Below are positions 57,542-64,000 of a stretch of DNA of 64,000 bases, piece by piece. The notes under the pieces were generated by a model, which was given only the letters and a program-made list of their open reading frames with translations, had not been told where the DNA came from and made no database searches. Both the position numbers and the translations under genes were made by a program. The stretch's first letter is position 1. The number at the start of each line of letters is the position of its first letter. Location of the stretch: NCBI GenBank assembly GCA_964508365.1, contig CAZDTP010000002.1, forward strand, positions 64,001 to 128,000. The letters run 5' to 3'. This DNA is from an uncultured archaeon. Lineage in GTDB: Archaea > Asgardarchaeota > Lokiarchaeia > Sigyniarchaeales > SOKP01.

Positions 57542-58976
57542 CGTTATGATTCTCTATATCTTTTAATGAGTTAATTTTTCCATCTATTATGGCCATGTTA
57601 TATTCATCTTCTAACTCAGCGTAAAGTTTTTTTGCATTTTCAAAATTACTTAGCGCAAGATCATACTGCTGTTTTTTAACATAAATATCTCCTAACTGAT
57701 TACGAATTTCTGCAGCCATCTTTGGATTGTTTAAATTTTCAAATATTTCTAAAGCTTCTTCATACAACTGAATAGCTTTTTGGTCGTTTTGTATATATTC
57801 TTGAAATATTTTTGCAACTTGATACTTCATTTCAGCAATTTTTACCTTATCTCCAAACTTCTGGTAAATGTCTTTAGAATAGCTAAAATAATCAATAGCT
57901 TTTCTATCCTCACCTTTTAGTGAATAATACTTAGCTATAGCTTCCAAAACAATCCCTTCTTTTACATTTTCTTGAATTTCAAATGTTCTTACAGCGTCTA
58001 AACTTTTCAACAGGTGATCCTCCGCCTCTAAATCGTTATCCCATAAAGTATGTAAATAACCCAAATACAGATAACACTCCCATTCTAATTTTTTTCTTAT
58101 AAAAATTGATATGTGGTTTTTAATCCCATCGACAAGCTCTAATGCACCTGTTAAGCAGTTGAAAGATTGATCGTAGTATTCTTCTCCAAGATGATAATAC
58201 ATTTTTCCATACTTAGTACGTGTTTGGATCACTCCATATATATCATCGTTCTGAATAAAAAAGTCGAGATTTCGTTTCAGGATTCTCTTTACACGGTCGT
58301 AGTCTTCTAAGGATAGCAATATCTCTACCAGATTACTAGCCGTTTTTATAGCTTCTAATTCAAGGCTTTCTTTTTCAGCAAGGTTTAAAGCCTTTTGATA
58401 ATATTTATTAGCGTTCTCTAAATCATTTATTAAGTGATAAACATTCCCTAAATTATTCAATACTTGGATTTCTTTAATATAATCGTCAATTTCTTCTATA
58501 AAACTTAGAGCTCTATCAAAATGATAAATTGCCTGGTCAAAGAATCCGGTATCTTCATGAATAAGTCCAATTTCGTTATGAGTTATGATAAGATTCATTG
58601 TGTCTTCCTCTTCTTTGAAATTCTCTAATGCTAATTCTAAATTTTTCAATGCGTTTGAGAAATCTCTCTTCTTATAAAAAAGGCTTGCTTTCTTGAGAAG
58701 TAAATTACCCATGTTTTTTCCTAATCTCTCACTATCAGTAAGTTGACTTTCGAGTTGAGATAACTCGGATTCAATAGTCTCATCATCGATTATGTTGAAA
58801 TCGAAAAATTCCTCTTCTTCTTCAAATTGGTTTCCGTAAATTGAAGTTCCGTTAGGAATCGGTCTTACTCGATTATTGTTAAGAATATTGATATTTGTGA
58901 TTAAAGGTTTATTACAATTAGGACAATAACTCCAACTAATTTCTATTGGGCTCCTACAAAAGGGACATTTATTCAT
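57531..58976 (-). CDS. Double zinc ribbon plus TPR-repeat protein
   Basis: CPFC...CPNC N-terminus, an acidic linker, and repeated A..Y..AL TPR units. Confidence 0.85.
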   Translation of the reverse strand: MNKCPFCRSPIEISWSYCPNCNKPLITNINILNNNRVRPIPNGTSIYGNQFEEEEEFFDFNIIDDETIESELSQLESQLTDSERLGKNMGNLLLKKASLFYKKRDFSNALKNLELALENFKEEEDTMNLIITHNEIGLIHEDTGFFDQAIYHFDRALSFIEEIDDYIKEIQVLNNLGNVYHLINDLENANKYYQKALNLAEKESLELEAIKTASNLVEILLSLEDYDRVKRILKRNLDFFIQNDDIYGVIQTRTKYGKMYYHLGEEYYDQSFNCLTGALELVDGIKNHISIFIRKKLEWECYLYLGYLHTLWDNDLEAEDHLLKSLDAVRTFEIQENVKEGIVLEAIAKYYSLKGEDRKAIDYFSYSKDIYQKFGDKVKIAEMKYQVAKIFQEYIQNDQKAIQLYEEALEIFENLNNPKMAAEIRNQLGDIYVKKQQYDLALSNFENAKKLYAELEDEYNMAIIDGKINSLKDIENHNATY

Positions 58977-59075
58977 TAGGAAGTGTTTATTTATTATTTA
59001 GTTTAATTTAAAATGATAATTCATTCATATATAATTTTTTAAATTAAATGTAAAACAAAAAAACTGAATATTGGA

Positions 59076-60005
59076 TTAATTATGTGAGTTTTTAGCCGTA
59101 TTGAGGTAATCATTTAACTCTTTATTAATCTCATCTTCGCTTAATCCTAGCGAATTTAAAAGGATTCTAATCTGCAAAATTGAATTTTTTGCTCTTATTT
59201 TATTGGCAATACTCAGAGCTTTTATATACACCTCTTTTGCTTCGTTCATCCTAAACTGATATACCATTACCTCTCCAATGTAGCCTAATCCTTTAAGAAT
59301 TAATTCTGTATAGCTTGATTCGATTGCTTTATTTGTTCCCTTCTTAAAATAGATAATGGCTTGATTGAAATCGCTATCTTTTTTTTTTATAATGCCTAGA
59401 TTAAAATAAGAAATTATGATGCCCTTTATATCATCTAATTCTTTAAATGCCCTAAGAGATTTTTTATAAAGTTCATATACAACATCCCAATTTTCTTGAT
59501 TTTCATAGATAGTAATTAAATTACCAAAACAATCTAATAAATTATAAATATCTTTGTTATCAGAACATATAGCACTACACTCAAGGAAAATTTCGCAAGC
59601 TTCATCATATTGGTTTAATTTGATGAGACTATTACCAATTCCTTTTAAACTAGTGATTTGCTCTTGAATCTGTTTTAATTCATCATATATATCGAAAGCG
59701 TTTTCATAGAATTCAATTGATTTCTGATAGTCACCCTTTTTATAATAGAGCGTACCTAGTACACCATAAACATCTGCTTGACCTAACCTATCTTTCTGCT
59801 TTTGAAAGTGTTTTAAACATAGCCGATAATTTTTTTCGGATTCCTTAAATAGTTCTAATTGTAGCTGAATTAAGGCGATATCACTTAATTCGTGGATATA
59901 GTTGGAATCCTTACCAATTTGCTCCAATTCCTTCAAGATAATTAATTTTTCTTGTAGTAGGGCCTCTAATTCTTCTTGGGTATACTCATCTTTGTTTTCA
60001 ACCAT
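59076..60005 (-). CDS. TPR-repeat protein
   Basis: Repeated LG..Y...G.Y..A units. Confidence 0.85.
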   Translation of the reverse strand: MVENKDEYTQEELEALLQEKLIILKELEQIGKDSNYIHELSDIALIQLQLELFKESEKNYRLCLKHFQKQKDRLGQADVYGVLGTLYYKKGDYQKSIEFYENAFDIYDELKQIQEQITSLKGIGNSLIKLNQYDEACEIFLECSAICSDNKDIYNLLDCFGNLITIYENQENWDVVYELYKKSLRAFKELDDIKGIIISYFNLGIIKKKDSDFNQAIIYFKKGTNKAIESSYTELILKGLGYIGEVMVYQFRMNEAKEVYIKALSIANKIRAKNSILQIRILLNSLGLSEDEINKELNDYLNTAKNSHN

Positions 60006-60049
60006 AAATAAGAAGGAAAACTAATTAATTTTAATTAAATTACCATGTG

Positions 60050-60484
60050 CTATAACATCCCTTCCAAAATCTCTGCTGCGTTCTTCACACATTGAATGCA
60101 TTTTTTTTCTAATAATTCATTTTGGTTGAAATAATCCTTACCTTCAGAAGTGTTTATATCGCAACCAAGTAATTCCTTACAAATCAATGAACCGTTATTT
60201 TCTTGAAATAGGGTAGAGAATTCGCTGATAAGCTGATATGTCTTTTCTTTGGCTTCCGTATCCTTTGATACGCCCATACCATCTTTTAATCCAATAACCA
60301 TATAAGCTCCAGTCACAGCACCGCAAGTTCTACCACTACGTGCTATTCCTCCCCCAAAACCAGTAGATATTTTCAAAGCTTTATCCCGATCTAATCCATA
60401 ATGAGGAGCATAAGTACTGAAGATTGATTGAGCACAGCTGAAATCTTCTTTAAAACTTGAAAGAGTTTCTTCTATTCTCGACAT
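60050..60484 (-). CDS. C_GCAxxG_C_C family putative redox-active protein
   Basis: SCAQS, GFGGG, TCGAVTGA, ICKELLG and CIQCV motifs. Confidence 0.9.
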   Translation of the reverse strand: MSRIEETLSSFKEDFSCAQSIFSTYAPHYGLDRDKALKISTGFGGGIARSGRTCGAVTGAYMVIGLKDGMGVSKDTEAKEKTYQLISEFSTLFQENNGSLICKELLGCDINTSEGKDYFNQNELLEKKCIQCVKNAAEILEGML

Positions 60485-60606
60485 TTTTAATAACTGTGTT
60501 TTATTAGAAATAATACATTTTAAACCTATAAGAAATATAAAATTTCTTATCTATTATATATTTAGAGATAGATTAAGCAAACAATTTCTGAATAAAGGTA
60601 ATTTGT

Positions 60607-61719
60607 ATGAAGGTCAAAGCAAGATTATTTGATAAACTTGATGAAAATAAGGTTAAATGTCATGTATGTGCTAATGAATGCACTATCCTACCAGATAAGG
60701 TAGGGATCTGTAGAACTAGAAAAAACTACAACGGGGAATTATTTACTTTAATTTATGGATCAATGATTTCCAAGGGAAGTTTAGATCCTATAGAAAAGAA
60801 ACCACTCTATAATTTTTGGCCGGGAGCCACAGCTTATTCTATTGCTTCTATAGGATGCTCCTTCAAGTGCCAAAACTGTCAAAATTGGAATATAAGCCAA
60901 GCAAATCCATCTGATAATGGAAAAAGTGGATTTTACACCTTAGAAGGAATGCAAAATCGAAGAATGAGTTTAGTGGAAACAACGCCTAGTAAGCTTGTTG
61001 AGATGGTTAAAAAGAGCGGAGCAAAAACACTTGCTTATACATATAACGAACCTTTAATTTGGCACGAATGGATTATAGATACCGCATCGTTACTAAAACA
61101 AGAAGGTATTAAGACTATTCTGGTAACAAACGGGTATTCTACAGCAGAAGCTAGAAAAGAATTAATAGAAGTTGGAATCGATGCTGCTAATATAGATATT
61201 AAATCAATGTCTGATGAGTTTTATAAAACAATTTGTGGTGTTACATCAGTGCAACCCGTGCTCAGCACGGCTAAAGAGTTTAAATCTAACGGAATTCACA
61301 TAGAAATAACAAATCTAATAATACCAGATTTAAACGATAGTGACGAGGATATTAAAATCCTCGCAAAATGGATTGTTAATAATTTAGGTTCTGACACACC
61401 CACTCACTTCTCTGCATATCATCCAGATTTTAAAGAACCCTCTAAGGAACGAACTCCATTCGAAACTTTAGACAAGGCTTATAACATTGCCACAAAGGAA
61501 GGTCTCAGTTTTGTGTATATAGGGAATATACATCATGAAAAAGGGGGAAATACCTATTGTCCTAACTGTGGTCATCTCATTATCGGAAGAAGCGGTTATT
61601 CTTTTACTAAGATTGACATAACTGAAAATAAAACATGTCCAAATTGCCAATACGATTTAAGTAACGATATAAAGGGCGAAATTAATAGAAAATCTTCTCA
61701 ACGGTTTAGCTTCTTTTAG
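60607..61719 (+). CDS. amrS: AmmeMemoRadiSam system radical SAM enzyme
   Basis: KCHVCANEC, DPIEKKPLY, GCSFKCQNCQNWNISQ, YTYNEP and TYCPNCG motifs. Confidence 0.92.
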   Translation: MKVKARLFDKLDENKVKCHVCANECTILPDKVGICRTRKNYNGELFTLIYGSMISKGSLDPIEKKPLYNFWPGATAYSIASIGCSFKCQNCQNWNISQANPSDNGKSGFYTLEGMQNRRMSLVETTPSKLVEMVKKSGAKTLAYTYNEPLIWHEWIIDTASLLKQEGIKTILVTNGYSTAEARKELIEVGIDAANIDIKSMSDEFYKTICGVTSVQPVLSTAKEFKSNGIHIEITNLIIPDLNDSDEDIKILAKWIVNNLGSDTPTHFSAYHPDFKEPSKERTPFETLDKAYNIATKEGLSFVYIGNIHHEKGGNTYCPNCGHLIIGRSGYSFTKIDITENKTCPNCQYDLSNDIKGEINRKSSQRFSFF

Positions 61720-61758
61720 GTATAGAGAAATAATAATAAAAAAGTTTTGAAAATTAGA

Positions 61759-62433
61759 TTAAAAAAATCCCGTTATTGATACTCCTATTACGAGGAGTAA
61801 AAACCCTTGAATTAATGAGAATATTGCTAGTATAAATGCAAAAACTGGCCACGATATCATTTTCGAAATTCCCATTAAAGCTCCAATATAAAATTTAACA
61901 GTCAGTGCGACTAATGCAAATACTATAATGAATATGATTATTAAGAGTAGTTTTGGATCAATAAATACTGCAATAACTTGGACTACTTGATCTGGAATCG
62001 CGGAAGCTGCTACAACAACTACGATTGATGCTAAAAGTATTCCAATTACGCTGGATATAGGAAGGTCGTTTAACGGTTTTAATAAAGTAAAGACACCTAC
62101 AATAATTAAAAAGATTGAAACGAATAAACTTTTAGCATCTTGAGTATTAGAAGCGTACGCAACGCTTGGAGCTTGATCTAAAATTAAACCCCCAACTCCA
62201 CTAAGTAGGCTCAAAATACCAACGATTATTCCAAAATAGGTTAGAACTTTCAAAAGTTTAGTAACATCGTAATTCCAGTCTTCTACTTTTCTTTTTTTAA
62301 CCGATCCTCTTCTTTTAGCTTCGTATATTGCGTAAACTAACCACATAACACCAAGTAGCAAAGTAAAAAATCCAGCGAATTCTGCCAAAGGTCTTAAAAA
62401 GGCTTCTGTAAAATCAAATTGATATATCAACAA
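61759..62433 (-). CDS. Hypothetical multi-pass membrane protein
   Basis: About six hydrophobic segments, TTG start. Confidence 0.7.
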   Translation of the reverse strand: MLIYQFDFTEAFLRPLAEFAGFFTLLLGVMWLVYAIYEAKRRGSVKKRKVEDWNYDVTKLLKVLTYFGIIVGILSLLSGVGGLILDQAPSVAYASNTQDAKSLFVSIFLIIVGVFTLLKPLNDLPISSVIGILLASIVVVVAASAIPDQVVQVIAVFIDPKLLLIIIFIIVFALVALTVKFYIGALMGISKMISWPVFAFILAIFSLIQGFLLLVIGVSITGFF

Positions 62434-62568
62434 ATATCACTTCTTTAAGTTAATTTAAAATTGTTATTATGTTCTATATCACTTCTTAAGTATTTATATT
62501 ATATCTAGTCCAATTTTTAAATTGTATCAGATTTGTAGGAATAATAGAGAATTACAATACTTTTTATT

Positions 62569-63999
62569 TTAAGTAATAAATGAAACACATTTTTTTACAT
62601 AATCCAAGTATCTATGAATTTCTTCATTTTTTGTTTCATTATCCCAAGAATATTCCTTTTGCATTATTCTTGCTATAGTTTCTGCCGCTTCAGATGCTCT
62701 TCGGTGATGTATCCATAGTGACATTTCTGTTCGTCGACAAAACACATCAATCAAATGAGGGGACATTTCATATCTTAATACATAAAGGATTTCAGCGTAA
62801 ATGAAATCATTCTCATCGATAACCCTTTCTTTTAAAGATTCATCTTTCTTTATCAAATTGACGATTTGAATAGCGCCTTTTCCATATTGTTGATATAAAT
62901 GATCTGATATATCCTCATCTAAATGAATACCTGAATTTCGTAGAACATCTAACCACTCTTCTATTTCTAGAGAAATTATAAAAGGTTGTCGCGACCAATT
63001 TTTCTCTTTTTTTATCTCTGGGAAAATATTCTTTTCTTCAATGTGCTCAAATAAATCTTCTGCCATTTCACGCCATTCTGTTAGTTTACCCCCTGTGATT
63101 GTTAGTAGATTGTCGTTAGAAAAAAAGATTATATGTTTTCGTGAAACTTCACTTTCTGATTTTCCTTTTTGCATTACTAGTGGTCTGATTCCAGCATATG
63201 TTGAAAGAATGTTTTCATAATCAAATCTTGCGTTCGGGTAGAATAACTTAGCAGATTCAATTAAGTAATCTGCATCTTCCTTATCACAAAATGGATTTGC
63301 TAAATCACCTCGATAATCAGTATCAGTTGTTCCTAAAAGGGTGTACTTTTTATTCCTCGGAATGACAAAAAAATATCTGTTATCAATATTTGAATAAAGA
63401 CCAGCTGCCACATTATTCCCTATATTTTCACGCTTGTATAAGAGATGAACTCCCTTGGTTGGTCTAATTAATGGATTTGGAATAGTATCGGGGTAACTTT
63501 CTATTAAATTATCAGCCCATATACCCGTCGCATTTATCACTAAGCTAGCCCTAATCTCAAAATCTGAGTTTTTTTCTAATTCTTTACATTTTATCCCAAC
63601 AATTTTCCCATCGTTTTTGATATAATCGATAACCTTACAATAATTTATTGAATCAGCTCCTCTAAATATTGCTTCTTTAAGTATTTCAATAGTTAAACGC
63701 GCGTCGTCGATGTTTGTATCGTAATAAATTACGCCACCCTGAAGACCTTCTTTATTAAATTCGGGTTCAAGCTCATAAACCTCTTCAGCGGTATATGTTT
63801 TGCTCTCTTTATAATTTTTAAATTCAGATTGATCATCGCTTAGAAAATCATAAATTTTAGTAGCTCCTTGTAAATCACGTTTTTTATACTTAGTACCTTT
63901 AATAATTGGTAAAAAGAATGGTACTGGTCTAACTAAATGGGGTATTTGAACCCTCATCCAATTTCTTTCACGAGTAGCACTTTTAACTAAATCCATATC
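62569..63999 (-). CDS. glpD: FAD-dependent glycerol-3-phosphate dehydrogenase, N-terminus outside the window
   Basis: PHLVRP, DDARL, INATGIWAD, TKGVHL, GTTD, YAGIRPL, TGGKLT and DVFCRRT motifs. The frame stays open to the window edge. Confidence 0.9.
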   Translation of the reverse strand, partial: DMDLVKSATRERNWMRVQIPHLVRPVPFFLPIIKGTKYKKRDLQGATKIYDFLSDDQSEFKNYKESKTYTAEEVYELEPEFNKEGLQGGVIYYDTNIDDARLTIEILKEAIFRGADSINYCKVIDYIKNDGKIVGIKCKELEKNSDFEIRASLVINATGIWADNLIESYPDTIPNPLIRPTKGVHLLYKRENIGNNVAAGLYSNIDNRYFFVIPRNKKYTLLGTTDTDYRGDLANPFCDKEDADYLIESAKLFYPNARFDYENILSTYAGIRPLVMQKGKSESEVSRKHIIFFSNDNLLTITGGKLTEWREMAEDLFEHIEEKNIFPEIKKEKNWSRQPFIISLEIEEWLDVLRNSGIHLDEDISDHLYQQYGKGAIQIVNLIKKDESLKERVIDENDFIYAEILYVLRYEMSPHLIDVFCRRTEMSLWIHHRRASEAAETIARIMQKEYSWDNETKNEEIHRYLDYVKKCVSFIT

Positions 64000-64000
64000 G

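Noticed and set aside
2843-59000. Short antisense or overlapping ORFs in the track (e.g. 2843-3112, 6282-6464, 15497-15820, 22029-22514, 29767-30135, 30110-30406, 35621-35866, 40840-41148, 42935-43519, 44609-44950, 46742-47062, 56764-57159)
   Set aside because: They lie inside well-supported genes on the opposite strand or in another frame, have no motifs, and show the Ser/Ile/Phe-rich composition of shadow ORFs.
60607-61719. AmrS without AmmeCR1/MEMO partners as a novel context
   Set aside because: The partners are often encoded elsewhere in archaeal genomes, so absence from this window is uninformative.
1-64000. CRISPR array, tRNA, rRNA, IS or integrase
   Set aside because: I saw no regularly spaced repeats, no GC-rich cloverleaf or rRNA-like stretch, and no transposase or recombinase ORF. 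A tRNAscan/Infernal run would be needed to exclude small ncRNAs.
62569-64000. GlpD apparently lacking its FAD-binding N-terminus
   Set aside because: The truncation is caused by the window edge; the frame remains open.

Overview
Very AT-rich, gene-dense archaeal chromosome segment, most consistent with an Asgard archaeon of the Lokiarchaeia/Promethearchaeota type. This placement is inferred from ribosomal L35Ae, archaeal GlyRS, the Ftr/Mch/Mtd H4MPT C1 enzymes, Rab-like and Rag-like GTPases, roadblock and longin domains, and TPR proteins. I found no rRNA, tRNA, CRISPR array or mobile element. Housekeeping and metabolic content: glycine cleavage operon, apt, mtnP, glycogen synthase, XPD, RecJ-like, beta-CASP RNase, Cdc48, GlyRS and GlpD. 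Best candidate for an undescribed system: a three-gene operon (34004-38605, minus strand). It encodes a winged-HTH DNA-binding domain fused to a degenerate HdrA flavoprotein plus MvhD, followed by a group-3-type [NiFe]-hydrogenase whose large subunit has no cleavable C-terminal extension. There is no HdrB/C, and palindromes lie in its divergent promoter, so it may be a one-component H2/redox-sensing regulator. Other highlights: (1) a Gtr1/RagA-like GTPase-roadblock gene overlapping a convergent NPRL2/uDENN-like longin gene; (2) four genes whose conserved N-termini can only start at near-cognate codons (ATT, ATA, GTA, ACG) placed 6-8 nt after Shine-Dalgarno motifs; (3) an RpoM/TFS-like zinc ribbon fused to XPD; (4) a Nop10-like zinc ribbon inserted in MTA phosphorylase; (5) a eukaryote-like presenilin. 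All family calls come from motif recognition by eye; no database searches were run.
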